A stretch of 63,896 bases of DNA, filler included, from Folioceros fuciformis (taxonomy: Eukaryota), in NCBI GenBank assembly GCA_049999805.1. It is 5 parts of 4 records of this genome, joined end to end, with 100 filler letters (N's around TTAATTAATTAA, not from the genome) between each part and the next. Parts side by side here need not be neighbours in the genome. Positions count along the whole stretch, not along the records: positions 14,246 to 39,078 come from JBNGIO010006314.1; 4 more parts are not named here. One strand, 5' to 3'. The translations under genes were made by a program, and so were the position numbers. A model generated the notes under the pieces. It was not told the origin of the DNA. It was given only the letters and a program-made list of their open reading frames with translations, and made no database searches. Below, in pieces: positions 25,064 to 39,178 of the stretch. Numbering within the stretch: the stretch's first letter is position 1; every line of letters starts with the position of its first letter.

Positions 25064-28000
25064 ATGGCGCAACAGCAACAGACCTCGCGCCTTCATCGCC
25101 TCCTCACTCTGCTGGAGTGTATCCGCTCCGCTGCCTTTCTCTGTTTCTGTTGTGTCTTTCGTCTTCTCCTGTGTTGGTTGTGATTGTCTCCTGTGCTGAA
25201 GCCTCGGGCTTTAGGCTCCGCGGGATTTCTTTCCTTCACTCCTGGTTACAGCTGGATCAACGCCCGCCATCAGGAGAACTGCGGCACGCCAGATTGGGGA
25301 CATTGCCAAGCAGCATTCGGGGGAGCTCCCTCCCATTCTCAAGAAGGTTGGGACATCTGGTGACTTTGTCCGGGATTCAGCTGGGCTGGAGACAGGCCTT
25401 CCAGGAATTCCGGTTGGGCCAATGTGCATGTCTCCGCCTGCCCTTGCAGATTGGGATTCATTTTGTGCTTTGAATTGAATCCGTGGCTACAGGTGCGCAA
25501 ATTCCTTCGGAGTCATGAGTGGGAGACGCGGGTTGCTGCTGCACAAGCAGTTGGAGCCATTGCTGAGAATGTCAAGCATGTCACGGTTAAGGAGCTCCTT
25601 GCGATGGCCGAGGATGAGTTGTCAAAGGCCGGCTATCCTGGTGTTTGCCGGGGGACCCCGGAAACTGGCCTGGCCAAGACGAAATCATCAGCGTCTCTCG
25701 ACTTCAGCAGGTATTCGGGTAACCGGCAAGGGTTTTTCTTCCTCTTTCTGGTCTGCTGACTGATGTTGGAAGACTCATCGGCACGTGTTAATGCTTGCCA
25801 GTTTCGATATCCAGAAGGTTTTGGAATTTGGAGCATCCTTGCTCGCCTCCGGTGGTCAGGTATGTAACGATACAAGTTCGCCCTTCCGCCGAGGAGTGAC
25901 AGACTTTCATGCGCATGCGTCCGCACTGGCTATGCCTAGGTGTTGTGTGAGCTCGTGGCTGAAAAATTGCCGTGCGAGCTCCGTTCTGAGGGCAAAGTTT
26001 TCGGTTTCAGGAATATGACGTGGTAGTCGACAACAGCAAACCTCCCACAGAAAGGCTAGCCCTGCAGAAGAAGAGTCTAAACAAAAGACTGGGTATACAG
26101 CCTTTCTTAGACTGTCTGAACGGATCCGTGATGTCAGCCTCTGTACCATTTCCACTCGGATGAAGGCTTGCTAAGCATTGCATCCACATGGGTGCTTTGC
26201 AGGTCTGGATGTATGTGGGCGGTTCATGGATATTAATGATATCATCGGCGATGAAGACCTTGCTGTACACAAGAGTGCCTCTTCTGGCAATGGTGACCTT
26301 GATTCTGGAACTCGGGTCAAGCAGGAAGTGCAGTCTTTGGTTGCCGACATGGTTCCTGCCAATCTCTCCCGAACCATGAGTGCTAGAGAGAGAAACCAAC
26401 TGAAGCGCAAGGCCAAGGAGGTAGTGAGAGATGGCCCAAGCGAATGGGACGAGGGGCATGAATTGCACGAACAGCAGCCAAAGCGTGCTAAGGCTGTGCT
26501 GACCGACCAAGCACAAGGAGATAAGGTATGACCTTGAGGCAAGGAGTCTCTGAAACGTAATTCAGGTTGCTGGAGGGTTGTAGGAGGGATCAGAGAGGAG
26601 TTTAGAGGATGTGCTGGTGGGGTCGGTAATTTCATTTTGTCTGAAAGTTTGCTTGTGCCTACTGTTTGTGCAGGTTGTAGTCGAATCTGTCTTGGATGAT
26701 AGCCCCGCTGATTTGGATGGTGGTGGACACTGGCCATTCGAGTATTTTGTTGAGCTTCTAATGCATGACATGTTTGATCCCAGTGAGTGATAGTCTTTTC
26801 TGCTCTTGTCGGTGCCCTGTAAGCTGCTGAGTACTGATGCTAGAAAACGTTTCGATCAGTTTGGGAGGTGCGCCATGGGAGTATGATGGCACTGAGAGAA
26901 GTTTTAAGTGCCCAGGCAGGATCAGCAGCTGTCACAGCACCACAAGTCAATTCAAAAGTTGGAGTAACAGCTTCCCAGATTGAGAAGGACCTGCCAACCA
27001 CTGTGAACAGAATGAACATAGATTTGAATGTACATCTTTCAGCAGATGAAGAAATGGCGGACTCTAAGGATGGTAAGCAGGAGATCAAATCTCAGACTTC
27101 TGACGTAGAGCACAGTGGAAGTTGTGCAAGTCTTTTGGTTACGCCAAAGCCGGAGGCAATAGAGGAGGAGACCGGTTGTTGCACAGTCCCATCGTCTCGG
27201 TTTCCAGTAAATGGACGGGAGGTGAAGCCTGACCTGGATCTTAACTCAGGAGTGAAGCGTGAATCAGATTTGATAAAGCAGGAAAGCTTCTCCAAGGATG
27301 AGAACACATGGAGTCTAGTTGACAAAGTTCTTCTGGATGAGATCCCTGAAGATAGCCAGGCTCTGGCCGTGGTTACTGCAGCCGAGCAAGCCTGGGCCTC
27401 AAACCTGGAGTTTCTCCAAGACTGTGCAATTCGCTTGCTATGTATCTTTGCCCTTGATCGGTAAGCACATAAACCAATTCTGAGCTTCTGTCACCCTGTC
27501 AATTTCAAGCTTGCTGATCGGATTGTGTCTGCTGGATTGTGCAGCTTTGGAGACTTTGTGTCAGATCAAGTTGTTGCTCCAATAAGGGAAACTTGTGCTC
27601 AAGCTCTGGGAACAGTTCTGAAGCAAATGCCCCGCGTGTTGGTTCATGAGATACTCAGTGTTCTGTTGAAAATGCAGGTTTGTGAGTCTCATGTCCTTTG
27701 ATTCGGTACAGGTCTCTGCTGTCAATGTCTCTGACCTAAGCTATGCAATGTGGCTAGCAGGGACGCTCAGAGTGGGAAGTTAGGCATGGAAGCTTACTTG
27801 GCATAAAGTATCTAGTGGCTGTCCGGCAGGTAAGGTGCATAATAATGACGAGTTTGCTTCCTCTCTGAGCACCCCACATGTGTCGTGGTCACCAGGTGTT
27901 GGCTGTCTTGGTCGCCAGGTGTTGAATGTTCATTGCCTGTTTCCAGGAGATGGTAGCTCAGTTACTCCCTCGAGTTTTGCCAGCATGTATGGCTGGTCTT

Positions 28001-31000
28001 CAAGATTTTGATGATGATGTGCGAGCTGTAGCTGCCGAAGCGTTGACTCCTGCTGCAGGAGCAATTCTGTCCTCAGCAAGCAATTTGGTCTCTACAATTT
28101 TGTTTTCTCTTTGGGACATTCTTTTGGAGCTTGATGATCTCAGTCCATCAACCAGCAGGTAAGTTGCTGTAAGCATCAGATTTCTGCTGTCACCTTGTTG
28201 CAATGGCCTGACTGAATGGTAATCTGGTCCGCAGTGCAATGCACTTGTTGGCTGAACTTTACTCTCAGCCAGACGTTTTGCAAAAGGCTGTGCCTGAATC
28301 AAGGCCAGTTTTGGACTTGAATGATGATGTTCAGCCAGAAGATTCAGTGATTGAAACACGTCAGGAAGTGTCTGCTAGGGATCCTAACCTTCTGGCCACC
28401 CTTGTGCCAAGATTGTGGCCCTTTTTGCGACACAATATATCATCAGTTCGCCATGCAGCAATTCGCACACTGGTGAGCTGTGCATTTTTTTCGAGCGCCT
28501 AGACCATGATGCACTAGGCCGCCTGAAGTATATGTTGGCCGACCCCAGCATGGCTGTCCAAGTGTTCCAAAATATGTACCCTGATGTGATATGCTGATGT
28601 TTAGTTATATTGTAGTTTGCAGTCTTGTACCTGACAGTGCATGATGAATATGCAGGAAAGGCTGTTAGCAGCTGAGAGCAAGGGAGCTTTAGTGGAGTCC
28701 CAAGAGAGGTGTGAATGGGCTGTTCCAATTTTAGGTGATGCACTCCGGCTTGTGTTTCAAAACCTGTTGCTGGAAACAGATCAGGAGATATTGCAGTGTT
28801 CTGAACGAGTGTGGCAACTGCTGCTGAAGGTACACTTCAAGGCTCTCAGTCTCGTGTTTGAACCTGTGTGTACGCCCATGTTTGTTCCAAGTTTGTTTAC
28901 TTGCTTGGTCCGACAGTGTCCAGAACAGGAGCTCTCTGTAGCAGGTACCTTGTATTTTACATCATGGCTGAAGCTGGCAAGCACACCAATGAATGCACCT
29001 CTGGATAATTCTCTCATGTTTTTCCCGAAGAATGCAACCCAGAAGTCCAGTGTGAAGATGGAGGGAAGATCAAAAGGTTCCAAGGTTGGCCAGAGCGGAT
29101 TCAATGATGGCATATGTAAAGTGATTCTTGGTACAGAAGGTGAAAAGCATGTGACACATATGAGATTGGCTACGTCCTCAGCTTTAGGAGTCCTTGCAGC
29201 GAGCTTACCTCAGTCAGTGCTTGGAACAATAGTAGATGATGTCTCAGAGCTTTTGGCTTCTAACTCAAGTGTTCAGCGGCAGGTACACACAAATCTTTTG
29301 CACGTCTTGGACATTGAAGTGACTCCATTCTGTTCCAACATTATCTACAATGTTCTGTAGGTGGCTTCCATGGTGCTTGTGTCATGGTTCAAGGAGCTGA
29401 AAAGGATGAACGGCGAGGACAGCCTGTCTGGTGTTGAAGGATCTCAGAAATTGAGGGCTAGGATTTTAGAGCTTTTATCTTGTGGGGATGCAGCCAAACC
29501 CACGCCAGGCTCCTCTCTCCCATATTCAGAGCTATCCAGGACTTATGAGAAAATGAAGAATGACGCTGGGGCTCTTCTCAAGCATGTTGAAGGCTTAGGG
29601 ACCTTCAGTACATCCGTGATTGACAGCTTGCCAGCTGTAGATACATTGACTGCTGAAACAGCTATTGACATGGTTCTGAAGTTGGAGAGTCCACGTATGG
29701 AAAGCCCCCCAGAAGGCAAGTCAACCTCGACTGCTGACATTTTAGGCTTTTGTCGGCAAAGGCTCCTCTCTACAGCTGGCTACTTGAAGTGCTTGCAGGT
29801 TCTTGATTACCATCACCTTCTACAATAGTCTTTGTTTTGTTTTGGGCCAAAATTTTCCTTCATTGATTCTAGTGTACTTTCTGGTTGCTGCAGAGTAACA
29901 TGCATGTGAGCGTTCTTGCATCATTAGCAGGGGCTATTGTTTGGATGGGTGTTCTACCAGTGAAGCTCAATCCTGTTATACATCCACTGATGGCTGCGGT
30001 GAAACGAGAGCAGGTCAATTTCTTGCAGTAGTTCTGCTCAGAAGGTATGTTGCTATTTGATGTGAGAGCTCGTATGTTCCATGGGGCTTACCATGTAACT
30101 CTGTTGCAGGCTGAACTGTTGCAACAGCCTGCCTGTGTCGCCTTGGCGGAGGTTATTTTCCAATGTGTTGGCCGGAAGCCTAGTCCAAATGATAAGCTCA
30201 TAAAAAACCTCTGTGCACTTGCCTGCGCTGACACAATGGAGACACCTCAAGCATCCCAAGCAAATGCTGATAGCCTGCTGTTTGAAAATGGAGCTAACCA
30301 GTTGGAGAAAAGCTCTAATGATGGGAGGTCGAAGATTCAGACATCAGGTGCTGTGCATGAAGGTGTGAAGTTGGAAGGGGCGATAACAAGGCATGGTGCT
30401 GAGCTTGCCTTGCGAGCTCTTTCTAAAAAATTTGGAGACACACTTTTTGATAAACTTCCGAAGCTGTGGGGTTGCATAACGGAAGAGCTGGGGCATGGAG
30501 ATCCTAGTGCTATCAAGGGAGAATCAAGTACTGAACATTACTCTCAACTAACTTTCAAGGCAGAGCCCCAGGCATTGGTTAACAATCTCCAGGTATGACA
30601 ACCTGTACGCAATGTAATTGTCGATGTTGTTTGCCTTTGGTGTGGCTGGTTGCTTTTTGATGTGTTGTTACACCACTCTTTGTATGTTATGGGTGCAGAT
30701 TGTGAGATCAGTTTGTCCAGCACTGGAACAGTCATTGCAAGTGCGGTTACTAAGCCTCCTCCCAGCCATTTTCAGTTGCGTGCACCACCACCATGCTGCC
30801 GTCCGTCTAATGGCTGCCCGATGTCTTACTGCCATGGCAAGAACCATGACAGAGTCAGTGATGGCTGCTGTCTTGCTGGAGGCTGTCCCAATGTTAAGGG
30901 ATGCATTTTCTGTACATGCAAGACAAGGGGCAGGCGTGCTTGTGACAGCTCTGGTCGAAGGCTTGGGGCCAGAGTTGGTACCATACGCCCCCTATTTGAT

Positions 31001-34000
31001 TGTGCCTTTGCTTGGCTGTATGAGTGACTCTAATGAATATGTACGCCAGAGTGTGACTCACAGCTTTGCAGCACTAGTACCTCTGCTGCCTTTGGCCCGT
31101 GGGTTGCCTGCCCCCAAGGGTCTCAATGATTCTCACAGGCGCGAAGAGGACAATAGGTTTCTAGAGCAGCTATTAGACAACAGCCAAGTTGATGACTATA
31201 AATTGAGCATTCCTCTGAACGTTACACTGCGAAGGTGAATTTTATGTCGTGCTGTGTTTTGGGACTTCATTCCTGACTCCTCGGATTTTGTACTGAAGTT
31301 GCAGGGCATGTTGTGGGGCTCTACAGGTACCAGCAAGAGGGTATCAATTGGCTTGCCTTTTTGAAGCGATTCAAGTTGCATGGTATCTTGTGTGATGATA
31401 TGGGTCTTGGCAAGACTCTCCAAGCAACAGCAATAGTTGCTTCTGATGCTGCAGAGCAGGTTGCAGCACTTGCGGCTTCAAAGAAAGCAGGTGGTTTTGT
31501 TGCACCATCCCTAGTAGTCTGCCCATCTACCTTGGTGGGTCATTGGGCATTTGAGATTGAGAAGTTTGTTGGGAAGAGTTATCTCAATCCGCTTCAATAT
31601 TGTGGCTCCCCACAAGTGCGACAGCAGCTTCGTGGCCAGTTTAGTCAACATAATATCATTATAACATCCTACGATGTGCTGAGAAAAGATGTTGACTATC
31701 TGAGCCAACGTGTCTGGAATTACTTCATCCTGGACGAAGGTCATATTATCAAGAGCTCAAAGTCAAAGATCACACTTGCTGTAAAGAAAGTACAGGCTGA
31801 ACATCGCCTGATCCTCAGTGGCACACCTATTCAGGTATGAAGCAGAGGGTAACAGAACACTGTTAGTTATCCCGAGATAGGTTTGTGTCCTTTGAAAGAG
31901 GGGTTGGTCCAGGATGTCATGTTTTTTAGCGGCACTCTTACATTTTCCTTGATTCTGCTTACAGAATAATGTGTTGGAGCTGTGGTCGTTATTTGATTTT
32001 CTTATGCCAGGGTTTCTGGGCAGTGAGCGACAGGTAGTGGCTATCATGTGCTGAGTTAAGTGTACATGGGTCACGTTTTGGTTCTTAACAGCACCTGACG
32101 TGTTAAAGCTGATGTATGCTTACAGTTTTATGCAACATACGGGAAGCCATTGTCAGCCGCTAAGGATGCAAAAGCGGGAGGAACAGATTCAGAGGCTGGA
32201 TTTCTTGCCATGGAAGCATTGCACAAACAGGTTGGGTCAAAGTATGTTGAGTAAGATTGCTTCAATCGCTTCTCCTTCCAACCTTCTGAACGCTTTATGG
32301 CTTGGTTAAAAGGTTATGCCGTTCCTCCTCCGCCGCACCAAGAGTGAAGTCTTGGCAGATCTTCCTCCGAAGATCATTCAAGATCGCTACTGTGACATGA
32401 GTCCCCTGCAGCTTCGGCTCTATGAAGACTTTTCTAACTCTCAGTCTAAAAAAGAAGCAGGAACTGAAGCTGATGCTTACTTACATGATATTTCTAGTGG
32501 ACCAACTTCAGCAAGCAATCAGCCAACTCATGTCTTCCAGGTATGAAGGTGTCCGCGTGTCTCACATATTGGGTTTGTGCCATTTGATGTTGACCTGGTG
32601 TCTGTGATTATTTCAGGCTTTACAGTATCTGAAGAAGTTATGCAGTCACCCTCTTCTGGTCCTGGATGAGAGCCCATCCGAGTATGTTGCCTCTCTTCAG
32701 TGTCTGAAGGATCCTCGTGACAGGTCATCATTACATGAGTTGCATCATGCACCAAAGCTTTTAGCCCTGAAGGAAATCTTGGAAGAATGTGGAATCGGTT
32801 TGCCATCGGCTGCAGAAGAATCTCCTCTTGTTGCTGAGGGAGGTCAACACAGGGTTCTGATATTCGCACAACTGAAGGTAGTGTCCGATGACTGTTTGTC
32901 TAGGGGTAGCACAGTCTCTGCAAAAATTGTCTCTGATAGTTTGTCTCCCTAATTGCAGGCGTTCTTGGACATAATTGAGCGGGATCTGTTTCAGGCACAT
33001 ATGAAGGGGTACGTCATGATGTTTTCCAAGCTTATTTCCCTTTTTCCCAATTTGACAGAAAGTCGACTCTTCCTTTTTGTGTGTAGAGTGACACACTTGT
33101 TTTGCAAGCACGTTCCCCTTTTTTTCAAACTGACAGAAAGTTGACTGTTCCTTTTTGTATGTAGAGTGACATACCTGCGGCTAGATGGCTCAGTTGAGGC
33201 AGACAAGCGGTTTGAGATCGTGAAGACCTTCAATTCCGATCCGACAATCGACGTTCTTCTGTTGACGACTCATGGTGGGTTGAAACAAAGATGTTGCTAT
33301 GAATAACAAGCAAAACCAGACGTGACTAAGATCTGCTTCTCCCGTTTTCAGTTGGTGGATTGGGACTGAACTTGACAGCGGCTGACACGGTGGTATTTAT
33401 GGAGCATGACTGGAACCCAATGCGTGACCTTCAGGTCAGTGCCTACTGTGCCCTTAACAAGTTTGGGATGGCCATTTGTCATATGGGCGAGCTGACCCTC
33501 GAGGTCCTCTTGTCCCGAACAGGCCATGGATAGGGCTCATCGCCTTGGTCAGCGGAATGTGGTGAATGTACACCGACTTATCATGCGAGGAACGCTTGAA
33601 GAGAAAATTATGAGTCTACAACAGTTCAAATTGTCAATCTTCAACAATGTCATCACCGCGGAGAATGTGAGCCTGAGCCAGATGGACACGACAAGGCTGC
33701 TTGATCTCTTCACGGTGTCGGCTGATTCTGGAAAGGTGAGCCACCATGTTTTTCATGAGTCACCGTCACAGAACGTATAGCAGGCTGACAGCCTGTCACT
33801 GACTCTGGTCTTCAACTTTGTAGGTGAAGCCGGCAGGAAGGTCAGTAGAGGCAGAAGCAGAGACAGGAGAACTGTCAAGTGCTGCAGGCGGCGGCAAGGG
33901 TCTGAAAGCACTTCTGAACGGACTGGACGACCTCTGGGACCAGTCGCAATACACAGAGGAATACAATTTGAGTGAATTCCTGTCCCGTCTGAAGAGCTAG
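25064..34000 (+). CDS. BTAF1: TATA-binding protein-associated SNF2 ATPase BTAF1/MOT1 (multi-exon)
   Basis: N terminus [18 protein letters not shown]...[14 protein letters not shown] repeats; WEVRHG; SNF2 motifs [57 protein letters not shown]; ends [14 protein letters not shown] at 34000. Confidence 0.96.
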
Positions 34001-36599
34001 GGGTTGCAGTGCAGTTTTGAATAGATGTCCCTCTCATTTTTTATAGGGACGGTTCAGCAGGAACCGTTTCTCATGTGAATAAATCTGCCATATGGCAGTC
34101 TGCCGTTGTACATGAGCTTTGTTTTTATCTTTTCCATGCATACGAGGTAGTCATCCAAACATGTCGAAAGTGGAAGGAGTAGTGTGCGGGTGAATCTACC
34201 CAGCGGGTTCGAGCCCTGCCGTTCGTGCAAAGATTGTAGAACCCAAGATATTGTCCCCTTCCCCGATCAAAAGTATTTAAGGACATGAAAAGGCTAAGAT
34301 AAAGAAAAGGCTCCCTAAACAAGAGTGTACAAGGACCTACAAAGGCTTGGACATAAATAGGCTAGGAGAGCAGAAGAGTCCCCAAACAAGAGTGTACAAG
34401 GACAGGAGTAGGCTAGGATGAAGAAGAGTCCATGACCATAGTTAGCAACATCGAGTCGTGCTATAGCTTCTCAAGGGAACCTAAGACCTTGTAACCATTG
34501 CAAAGGAGGCATGAGTGTCCTAGTGTTGAAAAAAATGTTATTGAGTCTTCTACCTATTTAAGAGAGGGCTTCCTACTCTACATGCCCAAAATGAACCCCC
34601 CCATAAGGTAATGTCTTGGATTAAGACACCAGCTATGAAGTCAAGGCAAAGAGGATCCAACTCCCACGAAATGTAGCCTGCATCAAACATCTCCATGGTC
34701 AGCAATCTCAAAACACAACAAGAAGTGTAAAAGGCCTTAGCCCTAAAATATCCATAATACCTTGTTCTATATTGTGTAGATCAAATTCCGCACTTTTAAT
34801 TCAAAAGCTTCGAAGGAACCATTGTTCCATTATGGTAACCTCACTATTGTGCATAGCACAACCAAAAGATGCTTTAAAGCACTTTTCAATATCCCAACAC
34901 ATGTTAGTGTCCACTGTGAACCCGGCCCTGTGCTAAAGCTTTATCTGCAAAACTTTGCATAAATGCTAGGGGTCTTACTAGGACCCTTGAGATGTGGAAA
35001 CTTTGCAAAGAAGTGATATGTCTTCATGGCAACATCAACAAGGGTTGCATTTTTAATCTCAAAAATTTCATGGAAATGGCCTTCAATCTACGTCAACATG
35101 TAGGACAACTCCCTCCTGTCCCAACTTTAGACAACTTCTAGGTTGCCTATGACAATATGAGAGGCATGGATGCCCATAGCACCCACTCAAAATTCAAGCT
35201 GGGCATGGGCTCTTAGTATTTAGTCTAAGGGCGTGGCTCCTTTACTTTGAGAGGACCGGGTCATAGAAATAATAGGTTTTAGGATTAATGGTAATTATGT
35301 GTATTACTATTTTTGATAATACATACAATTGTAGAAAGATTCGAGGTTCCACTTGTGTATGGCCCTAGAGCCAATGACATTAGGGCCATAGACCAATTCC
35401 AATAGGGAGCGCTTGTGAGTTCTCTCTCTTCGTCTTCGTTTTTGTTTTTGAATCTTTTTTTTTAATACTTCGGGTTTGATCTCTTAGGTGTTTCTTTGTC
35501 TTCGAGTACTTTAAACATGTGCTAATATAGCCATCTAAAAGTCACTCTATTTCATTTGAAGGAATGAGACATATAGGGTAACTTCAATCAATATCATGTT
35601 GACTTGCAAGTCCAACAATGTTTGCTTGCCTCTTGCATGATCCATAGTGACAACAACAACTTCACCAAGACGACAACTCACAATCACTAAAACAACATCA
35701 ACAACAAGGAGTTGATAAGAATAAGCAATGGACCAACAAATTTTGTATTTTCAATCTTAATAATTTCATGTTAATGAATGAGACACACAACTGTCCTCTT
35801 CGAAAAATTATTGTTGCCACTGTTGTAGATTAAACTCTCCAAGAAAGCTTTACTGGACTTGCAAGTTTGCAAGACATTGATTTGCAACTACCACAACAAT
35901 AACAACATCAACATTGAAATTGGATGGAGGATTGCCTACTATTCATTTCACTTAAGAGTCCAAAACTAGTGCGGCTCTTCCCCAAGCTTTGCTGACTAAA
36001 CAACACTTCAAACATGTTCATAGATTGTCTCTTCATAGTGGACCATTGCAATGGATAGTGTTAGCCAAACACACTCATTGCCTGCGTTATGCATAGACAT
36101 ATTAGATCTATCAGATCGCTAGTTAGGTGGAGACCTTTCATTCACAAGTTACGGCAATACTTAATATGAGAGAGCGGCCATTTCAAGTTGAAAGGCATTA
36201 TTTTTGAAGTTGATTCGAATCAAATCGTTAAACATTCAGCACGAAATTGTGTGCCTGTTGTGGCCTATGCTAATCCCACTTCAGGACGAGATGCAGCACT
36301 CACACACATTTTCAGTTCGATCCTACGTAGATGGTCATTGTTTTCCCCGCACGGCCGGGAGCCGAAGCTTTGAAACAGGAGGAAAGCCCTCTAGTTGACG
36401 GACATCTTCGCCTCTCCAATTCCCCGAAATAGTGGAGCTCAAATTTTAAAAATCATTCGAAAAAGCTCTAAAGTGCCTACTTCCTCTATAACAAGTGTGT
36501 GCGTGTATCCGATATGCGTAGGGAGGAAGATATGCTGGCACAAAAGGCTGCCAGGCATACCTGTACAATGGCAAACTTAATACAGTGTCACTACAAAAG

Positions 36600-38984
36600 T
36601 CACACAAAAATGACCTCCAACTTGGGACAAGGATTTGCCTCCAGATATTCTTTCAAACTGTGTGTTGACCCAAACTTCCTAGAATACAACGCTTCTCTTT
36701 GCGTCAGTGCAAGAGGATAGATCCTATACACCTTCAGAATATTGTCACCTTGGATTCCTTTCGGCCGTTCAGACTTCCAAATTGGAACACGATGCAAGGA
36801 CTGGAACTTTGAAAGAACTGCCTGCTCAAGAGCCTCGACAGTAAGGTTGCTAGACCTGGCAAACATTGTGTTATATCGCACGTGTTACTCCATGACCCTG
36901 CACACCTGTATGAACAGCGAAAACAGAACTACCTGATAAAGATGGACTCCATTTCGAATCTTCCCCTCTCCCGCACAAAAATATGGTACACAGTGGTTGA
37001 CTTCTCTAGACACTGGCACAGCCGGTTCGCAGAGGCCAGTGAAATTGCTTCCTCCTGCAACCGGATCTTAGTTGCCAGATGGATACAAAGCCGACATGAT
37101 GAGTGCACTGCTGCCATGTCAACCAAGGCCTTGAAGGCGTCAGTCGGTCCATCAGTTTTCCAGCTGCAGAAATACGAGCCCACTATCAGCCATGAAAACA
37201 ATTCCACTTGTTGCTTCTTCTCTCACAAACTTCAGCAGTGCTGTCTATCTGGCACGCTGTGTTCCTTCACCATTGACATACCGTAACATTGCATCATAGG
37301 CAGTGGCATTTGATGCCAGATATTTGATGTACTCAGCCGCAACCTCTACGTCATCCTCCTCTTTGATGTGAATGAGGGAATTCGGCCCCGGTTCAAACTC
37401 ATGGATATTTGGTGCGCCCACCACGACTGGTACGGATCCTGGTAGACTCAACATTGCACTCAATTCAGAAAGCAGTCGATCTCATTTCCAGTCCCCAAAG
37501 GTGTTAACCAAGTCATGAAACTCTGGTTCCTGTGGATTTGTGAGCAAAAAACACTTATCAACCACGACAAACATGCGGCGGCCTCCCCACCCTTTTGGCA
37601 GAACAATTCTACTTCTGACACGCATCACCATCAGAGAGGAGAGAAAGAAAAAAGGTGTCAACAAGTAAACCAACTACCTGCAACAAGCGACTGCCAAAAC
37701 TTCTCAGTCACGTAATCCTCCACGTTTGAATTTTCAAAAGCCAGACTGAATTTGTAATGCCGGAGAGTCTCCAGTTTATTAACTCCTGACAGAGAAACAC
37801 GCGACATAAGGTATTGCCGGTAAGGAGGTGGCTCCTAGTAGATTTCAACGTTGTCTGATCCACACACAAGCAGACCTCTTTCGCCATGGTTGTGCAGACA
37901 ACCACCATAGGAGTCCACTGTAACACCCTTTGCAATAAGCCCTTGCAAAGCATTAAGACGAAAATTATGTGCCCCACAATTTGAAATGAAAGCTGCAGCT
38001 AGTGACCTTTCTGACTTGATCTGTACAGGTGACATCAGGTCATACTCTGCCCATGAGAAGTAACCTACAGGCACATCCGATGCAAGACTAGTCGTCATCA
38101 CAACATCAAATCCTTTCCTGCAAACCGCATGAAGCATGGGAATATGTTAAAATGACCTGCCCTTGCTGAACACACCAAAGAGGAAAGCACGACCACAACA
38201 GGGAATGGCCTGATAACATAATTCAGACCCTGAAGTACTTTCTACCTATGTGCCAACTCGACATCATTGTCTGGATAGTATGCTGATGACTCCATCGATC
38301 GGAGCACACGTGCTGCACCTGGACTATCGCGCCATCCAAACGTCGCATCTGGATTAACAAGATCCTGCAAGCCGCTTTTGAAAATACATGGCACTGCACA
38401 TGTAGGCCAGTCCTGAGAGGGCCATGGCATCAGTATCCAATTGTGGCCAAATACTCTGCAAACGGAACATACAGAAGCCAGTTGACACCGTAAAACACGA
38501 GAAGCCGTGAGAACTGGAACTCAGCACACACCTGAGTCTCCCCAGCTGCAACGAGAATTGGCCTCTCTGAAAAATCACGACGATGCTCCAACCTATCTGC
38601 CCTCTCCAGCTGCTCCTCACAGGTTTCACCGACTTCGTTCACGTTCCCGCCAGATTGTGACCCACCTTCACGTTTCCTGGTCAGCTTTAGTTGTTGCTCC
38701 AGCTCCATAGACTTGTCAGTCCATGAAGCGCCTTCCTGACCACTGGTTGCACTCCTCAGCCCAGAATTGGACACGGGATGAGGAGGTCCTACCGAGGAAC
38801 CATGGAACTCTGACATAGAGAGAGACCTCAGGGTATCCATTGATGTCACAACGAATGGGGAGTTCACAATATCCACTCTGTAGAGGAAGGTCAATTCAGT
38901 AACGATTATTGCAGCTACCAACCAGGCCCATCGACGGACTCCCCTTCCCCGTCCCATCAGAACAAGCCCTGCAGGTCCTGCCAT
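36600..38984 (-). CDS. FUT11: Glycoprotein core alpha-1,3-fucosyltransferase (GT10, FucT/FUT11-like)
   Basis: N-terminal transmembrane segment; [65 protein letters not shown] terminus [10 protein letters not shown]. Confidence 0.92.
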
Positions 38985-39178
38985 TGTACTAAATCAAGAG
39001 CCTATCAACCCACCCCCCCTCGCCCAATTTGCAATTCGCCATGCTACAATCCGTACAAGGCTAAGCTGTGCATCCTCTNNNNNNNNNNNNNNNNNNNNNN
39101 NNNNNNNNNNNNNNNNNNNNNNTTAATTAATTAANNNNNNNNNNNNNNNNNNNNNNNNNNNNNNNNNNNNNNNNNNNN

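Noticed and set aside
34100-36200. AT-richer intergenic stretch with short repeats and a small hairpin (about 35358-35391)
   Set aside because: Possibly an old TE, but no recognisable domain or termini to support a call.
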